Assembly (NCBI GenBank): GCA_964270895.1
Contig: OZ185435.1
DNA: 64,000 bases
Direction: 5' to 3' (one strand)
Source of the DNA: Podarcis filfolensis
Taxonomy: Eukaryota
Of the stretch, positions 12,609 through 24,411 are shown in pieces. Positions within the stretch are counted from its first letter, which is position 1; each line of letters opens with the position of its first letter. Made by a program: the position numbers and the translations under genes. The notes below the pieces were generated by a model, which worked only from the letters and a program-made list of their open reading frames with translations, was not told the DNA's origin and ran no database searches.

Positions 12609-13215
12609 CATAGCTGTCAAGTGTCCCTTATTTGAAGGGACAGTCCCTTATTCCAGCGCCATGTCCCGCTGCTGTCGCTTATTGATGGATGTCCCTTAAA
12701 TGTCCCTTAAATTATGTCCCTTAAATTTCAAAGGAAGCAGCTCCTCTCCCTCCCTCCCTGCCGGCCAGGGAGGAGGGAGGCTCCAACTGTGTTGCTTGGC
12801 TGTGTTGCTCACCCAATAAGAAGTCTAAGAATGACTGGGGGGTGGAGCTTGCATGCCTTGTGTGTGGCTAGTTAATGCAAGCTGAGGGGTTTTTTGAATG
12901 TTGGACGTCATTTTGTTGCACGTGCTGCTGCAAACTTTGCAGTGCAAAGCCAGGCTGGGGAGCCATCTTAAGTTGAGGCTGCATAGGCCTTGTGGTGCAT
13001 GTGATTCAGATTCTATTCAGTTGAATCTCTGGTTACAAAGTTGGTTGGACAGTGTTCTCGAAGCTATCCAGCATGAGTTTGACCAGACTGCAGGAGGACA
13101 GGAAGACTGGAGTGCCTGGAACAGGTGAGGCTGCAGGTCCCTTATTTTGGCTGCTGGTCCCTTATTTTCAAGGCTGCTGGTCCCTTATTTTCAAATCTGT
13201 AAGTTGACAGCTATG
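12609..13215. mobile_element. hAT-type non-autonomous DNA transposon (607 bp)
   Basis: Perfect 12-bp TIR catagctgtcaa / ttgacagctatg and perfect 8-bp TSD gttaagac (12601-12608, 13216-13223). The gtccctta motif is reiterated in both subterminal regions. Confidence 0.9.
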
Positions 13216-14659
13216 GTTAAGACCAGGCCTGGAGAGGGTGAGAGAGTTACAACCCAAATGTCTTCATTGTATTCTCCCGCCTTCACCCATGTCTCATCTT
13301 CAGTTTGGGGAAAATACAATGTACTGTTCACACCACTTTCCTCAAAATCATGTATATCAAGTACAGGAGTATAGAAATAAATAATGAACCAATGATTTAT
13401 ATTCAGAGTGTGGTGGATGGCACCACTGTGTGTGTGTGGTGACTACATTTAGTATATGAGCATGAAAAACATCCTAAAACATCTGAGGAAAGAAGCAGGT
13501 CATAATTATTATGGCTACTTCGTATTTATGTTTATGAAACCGCATTTATCACTGGTGAAATTGGCACAGGCTGACCTTATCCCAGCCAAAATACAGCTGC
13601 TTTGGTCATGTGCTTTTTTGTACAAAGATAAGAATAAGCATGGGTTCTTTCATTGCCTTAAAGAGAAAGAATTGGTGGGGAGGGGAGTAGCAAAAGCCCC
13701 AATAGTGAATGTGTGTGTGTGAGAGAGAGACATATATATCTTCACAATGTATTGTATACAACCCTATTTTTATAGTGCCGCTGAAGGAGATTCACAGATC
13801 TAAAATGTGTCGGGCTCAATAAAATAAATATTCTGTGCACTTTTAAGGTGGCTTCTCTCAACACCCCCTCCCGAAAAAATAAGTACATTTCCCCACAGAA
13901 ATCAATGGGACAAGGTAGGCAATGCCCCCTTTGTCATAAGATGCTACCCGCCTCAAATGGTAACATTATTTCTTCGGAGCCTCTTTTCCCAGGTGGTGGG
14001 AGTGAATTTCAGAAATGTCCTTGTTAAAAACTGTCAATCCAGAAAGGAAACTGTGTATCTTTTGCAACTGTGAAATCGTCTTCAAGGCCAAGTCTGAAAC
14101 TTGGCCATTTCTCATGCCACACCTTCATTTTCATTTAACCAGGAGCCAAGACTGGAGCTTAGCAGAGAGCCTTACCAGAGAGACATGTTTACTTGCTTTG
14201 TTATATTGTTGGGGATTCTTTTTTCTTTTCTTGTCCCACCAGACTGTCTTCATAAAATGGAGCTTTGCCAAAAAAATGTGTGTTTTTGGAGGTAAACACA
14301 GATCCAGTTTATGGGATGAGTATCTGTTTGATGGCTTTAAAGCAGCTGCAGTGAGCACTGACGCAGGTATGCTTCTGAAGGAAAAGGACAATAAATACAA
14401 ACACCAGAAACTTGGCTCCTTTATCAGACTGCCTCAAAGCAATTTGGTGGCACAAAGGAGGGTTAAAGACATCCTTACTGACAAATGAATTACAATATTT
14501 CCCCTGTGTGTGAAACGTGTTTTAAAAACCAGCTTTTCCCAAATCCTGTTGCCAGTTTCACCTTGACTGTACCACAGGTTGCCCTGGAGATTGATGGTCT
14601 GCACAGAAAGGGGGAAATATCCAACAGGTCAAGCTTCTTCCCTGCTATGATGGAAAAAT

Positions 14660-15530
14660 GGTCGCTGCAGGAATGACCGCTCCCCGCATAAAACGGGGGG
14701 CGACCTTTGCGTGGACGCGCGCAGCCCCTGGATCTGGAGCGGCTCCATCAGCATAGGCTTGGCTTTGCCTTCCCTCAGGTGGGATACCTGGAGGTCTCCG
14801 CCTACCCCAGTCAGTTGTCCAATCCCACCTGGGGGAAGCGTTGCCAAGGAGATCAGGCTAGGTGGGGGAGGAATTACCTGCCCACACAATAGAGGGAGGA
14901 TCTTACCTGGGAATCCTCACTTGGCTCCAGAGCTTCTCCCACCCTACCCACCCTCAGTTAATGCCTTATTTTGCAGGTTAACTTTTCTTCACAGGTTTTG
15001 CAGGTTAACTTTTCTTACAGGTATGCGGGCGCTGCTACGTTAAGGTCGCTGTCAAAGAGCTGGAAAGGAATTTCCCTGCACTGGCAGATTTCCCCTTTCC
15101 TGTAACAAAATGTCACAACTTTGGCGGTATCAGGCCTTGGGCGGAATCCTTTTGTCCATCTTCCTCTTGCAGCGGCGATACCAGGGTTCCCCGTTAAAGG
15201 GGTTTCTGAAGGGAGGCTTTGACCGTACGCCGAAAGGTCGTCATTGCTCTCCCCTGCGGCAGCGGCGTAACGGGGGCGGCTATCTCTGCTTGAACATATG
15301 TTCTCCAGAGCCGGCCCATCCCCCACACAAACACTGGATAACCCTGATGCTCCCTAGGTCCCCGGCGGGGGACTGGGGAGGGAGAACGCCCAATGCCTGA
15401 GCCAAGGTCTACCCACATTTGAAATTTAATAAAGTTGTGGCCAATTTAATCCCATAGCACGTTGTCTTGAGTCGTTATTCCACATGACGGGGGGGGGGGG
15501 CGCTCGAAACCTGGGGACTCTGCCTGTCCA
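14660..15530 (+). mobile_element. CpG-rich LTR-like retroelement remnant, possibly DIRS/Ngaro-type (tyrosine recombinase)
   Basis: Sharp GC/CpG-rich island in CpG-poor flanks. AATAAA at 15428-15433 in the context aataaagttgtggcc. Internal 26/27-bp duplication. No convincing TSD and no RT or recombinase ORF. Boundaries are approximate and the family call is inference. Confidence 0.45.
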
Positions 15531-15830
15531 CACAATGCTATGTAAAACTTAAAGGTTCAGAATCCCTCTCAAGGTCTAGATGTGGCAGTCTCAGATGCAG
15601 CTTCTTCAGTCCATAAGCAGATGGGAATGATAGCTGCCTCTCAAACTGAGCTTGATACATTCAGCCCTAAGAGAGAATAAGTCTTCCCCAATTCATAGTT
15701 TACAACGTCTAAAGCTAGTGCTGGGCTCTTTCCAGTCAGCTTTCTTGAACTTCTTCCCGACACCCTTGAACAACACTCCCCAAGATATTTGCTCAATTAT
15801 CTTGGAGTTATCATGGTAAGACTATATTCA

Positions 15831-16003
15831 GGGAAGGGCTGTAGCTTAATGGCTGAGCATCTGCTTTGCATGCACAAGGTCCCAGATTCAACCCCCAGGT
15901 TCTCCAAGTGGGCCTGGGAAAGACTCCTGTGTGGAGAGCTGTTGCCGGTCGAGTGTAGCCATTGCTGAGCTAAATGGACCAATGTAGGCAACTTCCTGTG
16001 TGC
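15831..16003 (+). mobile_element. Squam3-like tRNA-derived SINE
   Basis: Head gggctgtagcttaatggctgagcatctgctttgcatgcacaaggtcccagattcaacccc (A/B-box-like), then a gggcctgggaaagactcctg...gagctaaatggaccaatg body. Confidence 0.75.
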
Positions 16004-17814
16004 CACTATTGTTGTTATTTCAACAGTATGGTTTCACAGACCTATGTTCCAAGATCTTGTCTAACTCTTTTAAAGCCATATAAGTCATGGGCATCCCACA
16101 TGTATGCTTATTATCATTCATTCATTCATTCACATTCATTTCTGTGCTGCTAATAACCAGGATTCTCAGAGCAGCTTACATCAAAATATTTAAAACAATA
16201 AAAGTTATAGTATCCCACTATATTTAAAACAATAACAATTACAGCACTGTATTCCACTATCACCAGGACGCCGTCTGCATGGGAGCCACCCATTAGATCT
16301 CACCACATGGGGGCACCCGGCACGATTATTGTTGATCATCACATCTGTAAAGCCACAGAAAGGTTTCCCTATCACCTCAAACAAAGCTTTTCAGCAGAAA
16401 GCATTCACACATTCAACTGGCACCCATCAAGGGCCAGTTCAAACGTGAATATACATTGATGATTTAGAATCTGCAAGATCATGTATATGTATGCTATGAA
16501 CTGTTTTGCAGTCTTTTCCCACTGGAAACATGGTTGTTGTTTTTTAAAGATAGTTGTCTATCTTCTTATTCAAAGCAAAGCTGCATTACCATTACTTCCT
16601 ATGTCCATTTGCTTATTGCCATCTGAATGTGTAAACCCATTCCCAGGTGAAAAGCATTGCCCAATCTGAGAAGAAATGTGGTGTTATAGCTGTGATGGTC
16701 CATTCATCCATGCAACTCATCACATGATGTCAAAATCCTCAAGTGACAAACATGCTGGTGTGAACTACCCCTAATAATACAGTAATTAAGCATAGAGAGA
16801 TCTAGTTATGTGCATGCTTGTGTGAAATAGCTATGCATCTTCTAGGAATGAATTCCACATAAGAACACATCATTTCCCTAAACTACATAAACATATAAAT
16901 TATATTCTGCAAACCATAAATACACTAAATCAGGTTTATTTTGTGTGTGTGTGATTTTGTTTCATTTGGAATATAGACTTTAATATCCATGACTCCCATC
17001 ACTCTACAGTACATGTTCTTATTCAAAGCAAGGCAACACTGTTATTTCCACACCTCCATAAATAATGGAGGAGGTATAATTTTCCAAGTTGGATTACAGC
17101 TGGCTAGTCTCTGGTGCAAGGTGTTTCCCCATTTATGTAGCAAATCCAATACAACGGTTTATTGTACGGAAGGCAAAGGATCTTAATCAGGAATTAGCTG
17201 CTGCTAATGAGGAAAAATAAGCACCAAGCCTGCGAGAATTATTACTAAGAGATAAGGATGTAATTGCCTAATGTGGCTAATAATCTGATAAGAGCCCGTT
17301 TTATCTGAATTAACCCACGGAACTGCTGCTGATATATAGACTTTACAATAATCCCTAAGGAATTCCTCTTAAATGGAACTGGAAAATTGTCTATCTGTCT
17401 ATTTGCACATATATTCATAATAATATCGGATTTGTTTAGACATTTTGATTCACAAGAATATAAATGCTACATGAAAGTTGGAAATGTTTTTGCTTAGAGC
17501 GTTAATGTAATAGTTCCAGATTATACAACATAATTATAACACAGACATGAAACATAAAATTATGATACGTGATCAAATGCTCTCATCAGGACAAAATATA
17601 TTATTATTATTATATGGATCAGAAATCTCACTACCCATAGGCCTGGCAGATTATCCTGAATATAATCTGTCTCTGTCCTCCTCCTCATAATGTAGCACAT
17701 AATCATACTAGTGGAGAAAAGAGCAAAGCCAGTGTGCCTGACATACAGCCTAGACAGAACACAGGCCACACCAGCACCATATATTTAAAGCACATTTAAG
17801 TTCCATTTAAAGCA

Positions 17815-17915
17815 TATGGCTTCCCCCAGAGAATCCTGGGAACTGTAGTTTGTTAAGTGTGATGGGTACTGTAACTCAGTGAAGTATAAACTACAGAACC
17901 CAGGATTATTTGGAG
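17815..17915. mobile_element. Short palindromic MITE-like element, decayed
   Basis: Inverted arms aatcctgggaactgtagttt / aaactacagaacccaggatt. Confidence 0.5.
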
Positions 17916-20900
17916 GAGGACATGCGCTTTGATTTGATGGCATGCATGTGCCTAAGAAGGTCCAGCTAATCTAGCATCTTCTTTCTCACAGTTGCCCTCC
18001 AGAGGCTTCCAGAAAGCTTGACAGAAAGAGAAGGAAAGAGGAACGATATCAGTGTTGAGTGGGCTGGGCTCAGAGAGCCAATTCTGATTAACCAGCATAG
18101 ACATGAAACAATCGGATATGCCCATTCACATACTAGAAACTATATGCTAAGGATATGGCAGGCTTTAAAAGTCTGAAGTACCAAACTGAGTATATCTCTC
18201 CACCCATCAGAGCCAGCCCACCCATGAGGCGGGGTGAAGCAGCTTCCTCAGGTGGTGAAAACAGAAGAGACAGCGCCCTCTTGATGGGCCCACCAATCTC
18301 AGCTGCAGAACCAATCTAGGTAAGGGGAGCTTTGGCAGCTGCACAGTGTTTTGCTACCCAGCTTGCTGCCAGGCTCCCCTGCCCCTAGGGGTAAAGAGGG
18401 ACCAGCAGCAAAGCTGTGCCGCCAGACAGAAATGGAATTCTTCTTAGAAGCCCTTGCTGAATTACTGCTCCCTTAAGGAGAAGTACTTTCCAAAGCTCCC
18501 TCCAGTCCTGTGAGGTGTAAAGGCTTTGAAAGGGAGTCTCCCTCATTTCTAGTGGCAAGGTTTTGCAAGGAGAAGCAGGGTGGCATTTCACCTCAGGTGC
18601 TGAAACATCTCAGTCCGCCCCCACCAGCCATGTACTAGATGAACTCCTAAGTGTTTAACAACTCACCACAAATGTTGTCCCATATAGGCTACAGAAATGG
18701 GGAACCTGGTAGGCAAGCCTCACAGCATCTGATTGGCTGCATTTAACTTGGCAAATCACAAATTGCACAGGCCTGGAATAAGGCACGTGGAACACAGCAC
18801 TAGCTTGGAGTCTTATACAGCTGCAAATAAAACGTTTTAAGTGCAGCATACAATGTGACACCAGATGGCGATGGTGAGCCTTATGGAAAATTCAGTGTAT
18901 TTTTAAAAACACAAAATGGGTATATTTATTTGGAGTAGGGTTGGAGGATTTCATGTATTTCATTACAAATGGATTCTATGTGTTTTATTTTACTGTTTTC
19001 AACTTTGCATTTTAAACCGCATTTCTTTTATGCACACACACACACACACAAATTATATAAACCAGGGAAAGAATTGTTCTGTTTCCAACTTCAAGCAAAT
19101 GAAATAAAATATATGCGCACTGTTCTTTTGTGCAAATAAGTCCACTTGATTGGACCCAATTTTGTGCAGGATTGCACTTGAAGGCTAGATCATTTCGTTA
19201 TCTCTACATCTTAATTACACAGGAAGGAAATGAAGAGGAGAACATTACATAATATAGTGATAATCCAAAGACGGGCAGCCCACAGACGGAATCAGGATTG
19301 AAACCTAAGTAGCAGCTTTTCGGTTCCAGAGCTGCTTAGGAAGTCATAACCCCTCATAATGTTATTAATGCACAAATCCACTGATTGTGATAGGCAATTA
19401 AAACCACAAATCACTCTGCAAGATATGACGCATGCTGATTCAGTGTATTCATGTTGGGTTTTATTTAGTTATTTTGCCACACAGATGGATGTCATGTCAA
19501 TTGAGGATTATCTCATAATGGTCGAATTTACAATTTTCTGCTGCTGCTGTTGCTGTTCATTTTGAACACGTGTGCTCCACAAGTTTCTTTCAAAAAAATG
19601 GGCTGTGAACAATGCTCTGTTAGATTGCACTTTGTATTATCGTTTGTTCCAAAAAATTGCACACATGTGTTGATATGTATCAAAAGACAGCAATGCCAAA
19701 TGGCTGTCGTGACAGAAAGAACCATTACAAACATTTACTCCAGCCAAAGCAGTTATTGCATTTGATGGATTTTCACCTACCTAGACTACATGGGTTTTCA
19801 AAGTTCTGTTGGCTGAGTTGGGATGAGGGAGTTACACCAGTTAGCTGAGCCAGAACAGCCCAAGATCTGCTCATTCCAAACTAATGGATGCTGGTGGTTT
19901 TTGGTTTGGATTGCACTATTTGTTCTGAATAAACACTGTAGAATGAGCATGGCCATGAGATCAAGTTTTGCTTGCAAATATGTGGCTCTGTTAAGTGTTA
20001 GGTGGAATTGCTCAGTTAATTTTCACTCCAATACACTTGGAGAAAAGCAATGGCTGAATAGAACTAGTGCAGAAGTAACCCCATTCTCCAAACTCCCTGT
20101 AGAACTGTCACTCACCAATCACATTTTCAGACTTTACATAGACCTCTACAGTGGTGGACCTAGGACTCTCAAATTTCAGTGGCTCCCTGTGCAACTCCAA
20201 AATCCCCGCCCCCACCTCTCACCTTCCACTGGACTTTGCAGTCACAGCGCCTGCTGCAGGGCCCCAGAAACACTGCACCTGGTTTGACCAAACCAATCAT
20301 GCTCCCCCTAGATCCGTCTTTGAGCTTTTGGTTCCTCTTTGGTGTCTGTGACCAAAGATCCTCATGCAGGTGATATAGCGGGAAGACTCTGGTTTTTTTC
20401 TTTTCTTTTTAAATAAACTATATATTGCCTGTCTAACAGTGTAGTTCAGCATGCTTACTCAGTTGTAAACCCCACTGAGTTCAATGAAACTTGTGCAGCA
20501 CATTGCAGCCTGAAGCTTAAATTTCCAAGATGAAGAGTACCATCTTGGCATACTGCTTTGCCAGTTATGATTTCTTTCTTTCTGTCATCATCTTTGTACC
20601 CTTGGGGGTTTGTTTTGATTTTGTTTTGCTTTATTTCTAACAAGGGTCTGTCCAGTTTAACTGCACGGGCTTTGGTAGTTTGGTTATGGAAAAGGTACCT
20701 CATTTTTGTCTTGGGAGGTGGCCTGGAAAATATAGCACATCACTCTGTTTTGGCAGAAGTAAGCAGAGCAGGTGTCTCTTGATGAGTCATCTTTAATTGC
20801 ACATCAGCTGGGACTGGAAATTATCATTCTGACCACATTTATTTAAACTGAGTTTGCTATGGCAAACACTTCCTACTTGCCTCACCCCAAGTGAAAACTG

Positions 20901-21610
20901 GCACCACCCCCTGCTTCCATTAGAGAAAAAATAAAAGCTGTAAAACAAGCAAAAACAAAAAAAAACCCCAACAGGTATAGTTTTCTTTAGAATAGGGAGT
21001 GCCAGGAGTTTTTTTGAGTTTTTTTAAAGACTATACCTGTAGCATTTCTGTCATTACTCTGTTATGCATTTCAGGCAAAACTGTTGCAATACTGACAACT
21101 CATTTGTGTCCTTTTTTTTATTGATATCATTTCCTTTATCCAAGCAAAGAATATGGTTGATGCGTAAATAATCATGGGAATCAGTACATTTATAGATATT
21201 TATATTTCTTCAAGGACCTCGAGCGCATGTGCATGGATCCCCCTCTCCTTATTTCATTCTCACGAGAACCTGACTGGCCCAAGGCTACCTAGTAGACCTC
21301 ACAGCTGAGTGAGGATTGGAACATAGGTCTGCCAAGCCTAGCCCAACATTTACCACAACTCTACACAGGTAGGCTATGTGAAAATATCCTCCCTGTTTAA
21401 AACTAGCGACATGAAAATACTTTGGAACTTGGTTTTTTTATTATTCATTTTCTTTACTGACCTTTATTTTCTCACCAGTCTCAGAGCGAGGCACATGGAG
21501 CTCCTAGGCAGTTTCCCATTTAGGAACTGACCAGACCCAGACTTGCTTAGCGTCACTGCAAAATGTGCCATAAAACGACTAGCAACAAGGCAAATGAATG
21601 CAGTACTAGC

Positions 21611-21733
21611 CATGGGCATAGCCAGGATTTATGTTAGGGGGCAGGCTTCATGTTAGGGGAGGCGGGCAGAACCTCAGTTAGTTACCGTAATTATTTTTAT
21701 TGATTTACTTGATGGGGGGGCAGCTGCGCCCTG
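21611..21733. mobile_element. hAT-type MITE (123 bp)
   Basis: Perfect 8-bp TSD gtactagc (21603-21610, 21734-21741). Ends catgggcatagc / agctgcgccctg are imperfect inverted repeats. Confidence 0.7.
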
Positions 21734-22846
21734 GTACTAGCTTGTGTTTGCCTCTGAAGTTTTCATGATTTATAAGCCAGGCTCCTTCAACAACAGCCCT
21801 ACATAATAACAAGAGAATATGAACACATCATTTTAACCATGATCAAGGTCACATGGCTAATTAAAATACTTTGCGGTACCATGTTGCAGAAGTCCTGCTG
21901 ATACGCCATCTGCACCTGCAGCTTGACACATCAAAAAAACCCTTCCACAAATTGCCTGCTCCTAATAGGTAATTGCAGTGCCAATGACCATTACCTAATT
22001 AGTCACTAAATTGGTAACGGGAATCCTCTAGCCTATGCTAATTGTTTTAAAACACTGAACGGTATAGATCTATTCTAATTAAGGGAGAATTCAGGATGTT
22101 CGCAGTGCAGTGAAGCAGACCAGTTTGATGTCATACTCCCCCCCCCCCCCCAGTGCTTGGTGCATGACCTGTTTCAGAAACCGTTCGCGCAGACTTCTTT
22201 AACTTGCCCATTTAGAAGCAGCTCTTGAGACAGAATGAGGGCCAGCCCTGGCATCTAAATACAAATACCGTGATCCAGAGCTTCCCTATGGAAGTAGGGT
22301 TCCAATAAACTTTCCCCGCCTATTAGGCTTTCCCTTGTTGACTCTGTCCTACTACTGAACCATCTAACTTAGTACTGGGTACACAGCAGCTTTCCAACAG
22401 TTTTAGACATGTCCTTCCCAGTCCTATCTATAGATCAGAGATGAGACTGCAGCTCTCCCATTCAAGTGCACACAAGCTCAAGATCAAAGTATTTGATTAT
22501 CACGTTTTCATAAGGCTCATGAAGATCTAAAGCACTATATATAGAGAGTAAATTAAGATAACTGTCATTCTGGAGAATTGAGAGCCAGATCATTTTTCCT
22601 GGACCGTGTCCAAATTAAATAAATCCTGGTGACATCTACCATCTTCTCATCTTGTGGGAAAGAAGGGAAATTGTGCAGAAAACACATAGTGACATAGTAG
22701 CTTTTCAACTGATACACTGTCCATGTGATGTATTGTGTGTTTTCAGCCTGTAGATTCATCACTTCCAAATGCCTAGCCCTAGCACCTATGGAGCTGCTGG
22801 ATGTATTGTTTACACTTTACATGGTGTTCAAAAGTATTGGTTAAGA

Positions 22847-22976
22847 CATGCATAGGCAAACTCGGCCCTCCAGATGTTTTGAGACTACAATTCCCATCAT
22901 CCCTGACCACTGGTCCTGTTACCTAGGGATCATGGGCCGAGCACCTAGTCTGGAGGGCCGAGTTTGCCTATGCCTG
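22847..22976. mobile_element. hAT-type MITE (130 bp)
   Basis: TIRs catgcataggcaaactcggccctccaga / tctggagggccgagtttgcctatgcctg. Perfect 8-bp TSD ggttaaga (22839-22846, 22977-22984). Confidence 0.9.
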
Positions 22977-24231
22977 GGTTAAGAGAACGAGGTTGTTGTC
23001 TTTTCAGGACCAAATGCTCTTTTGCATGCAGAGAGAGGGTTTGACCTTTGAAGAAATGGTTTAAAGTAAAATGTATGGGGATACTTGTTTTTTTTTTAAA
23101 AAAGGTAGGAAAAAAATAATCCTTTTCAAGGAATGCAGGTGAATTATAAAAATGAAACAACTGTGAGGCAGGAATAAAGGCATGAAGGACCGCTTCCGGG
23201 GAACTTGTTTATTGAGCATCATTGTGATTTGTTTGCCTAAAATTTGCTGAGAGGTTGGACAGCATCAGCTGCATATTGAGCATCCGTGCTGATTTGTCTG
23301 CAGGGAGGTCAAATGGCATTTCATCAAGCAAATGTTATCCACCACTTCACAGTACACAGTACACCCTCCCATCATGTTCCTTACCATAAAACACCCATGA
23401 TGGAAGCGGTGGGGTGAGAGGAAGGAGGCTTGTTGTACAATCGTTTTCAATCACACAGCCTTAATTGTCTGGTATGAATCTAAGGAATCCCACCCACAAA
23501 ATACCAAGCAGCCTGGGAGCTCCCTACGTAAGTCCCAATCAGTTCCGCAAGCCTTACTTAATGAGCAAAAATAATGCAGACTTGGGATGTAGCAGGAAGA
23601 AAGTGAAAAAGACAGTGTGGGAGGAATGAGAAACGAAGTGAGAGAACGAAGAAAGGGTGCGTGAAAGAAGAAGTGGAAGGAAGGCCCCTTTGGGAGGAAG
23701 GGTTTATAACAGCATCAACAATGTGAAAAGACGTTCTCAGAAAAACAAGAGAAAGTTAAGGCTGCCGCCCTCTAAACGCTTACCTGAAAGTAAGCCTGAC
23801 TGAGTAACCATGCAGAGGTCTGGACTGCAGCTATGAAACAGATTGTACTGTAAAGGCACCAGGAAAGGGATAAACAATAAAGTGGGGCACATGCATTTGC
23901 TTGGGGAGACAGCTCAACTTGCCCCTTTGGCAGTGCTGGCTAGTAGTCTGACAGGCAAGTGGGGCAGTTGGTTTGGGCAGGGGTGGGTAGGTGGGCTATC
24001 AAACTGGGATTAACTGCTTCTCCTTCATTAGCCCCCCCCCCCCAGCAAAAACACACAGGGAAAGATAAAGAAATCAGAGCTGCTCATTCCCTCCTTTTGC
24101 TGTTGACTGACACAAGCCCATCCTTTATAGGCTGCACACCTTCATGCTGCTGCCCAGACTAGCTTTTTCCCACCTCACCCCACCCCACTCATCCCCAGAA
24201 CAGGACTCACCAGCTCTCACTCCTGCCCTGG

Positions 24232-24411
24232 CAGTGGTGTAGCGTGGGTTGTCAGCACCCGGGGCAAGGCAAGTAATTTGCGCCCCCTAACCCATGGATT
24301 TGCGCCCCCTAACCCGTGGATTTGCGCCCCCTAACCCATGGATTTGCCCTAACCCCAGATGTTGCGCCCGGTGCGGCCCGCCCCCCCTGCACCCCCCACG
24401 CTACGCCACTG
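24232..24411. mobile_element. hAT-type MITE (180 bp) with an internal 22-bp minisatellite
   Basis: TIRs cagtggtgtagcgtggg / cccacgctacgccactg. Perfect 8-bp TSD tgccctgg (24224-24231, 24412-24419). Internal atttgcgccccctaacccatgg repeated about 3.5 times. Confidence 0.9.

Noticed and set aside
14015-14488. 157-aa ORF and a possible plus-strand exon at about 14243-14366
   Set aside because: No recognisable homology and no compatible partner exons; the acceptor may be a chance pyrimidine tract.
15831-15900. tRNA gene (also the SINE heads at 6690, 32085, 35161 and 35790)
   Set aside because: These are tRNA-derived SINE heads that continue into SINE bodies; no complete cloverleaf.
20645-20758. 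Plus-strand exon candidate (aag|…|gtaagc)
   Set aside because: AAG acceptor, unrecognised peptides and no supporting plus-strand partners.
23640-23812. Basic Lys/Arg-rich short reading frame (NLS-like)
   Set aside because: Only about 53 codons between stops with no ATG; it arises from purine-rich low-complexity sequence.
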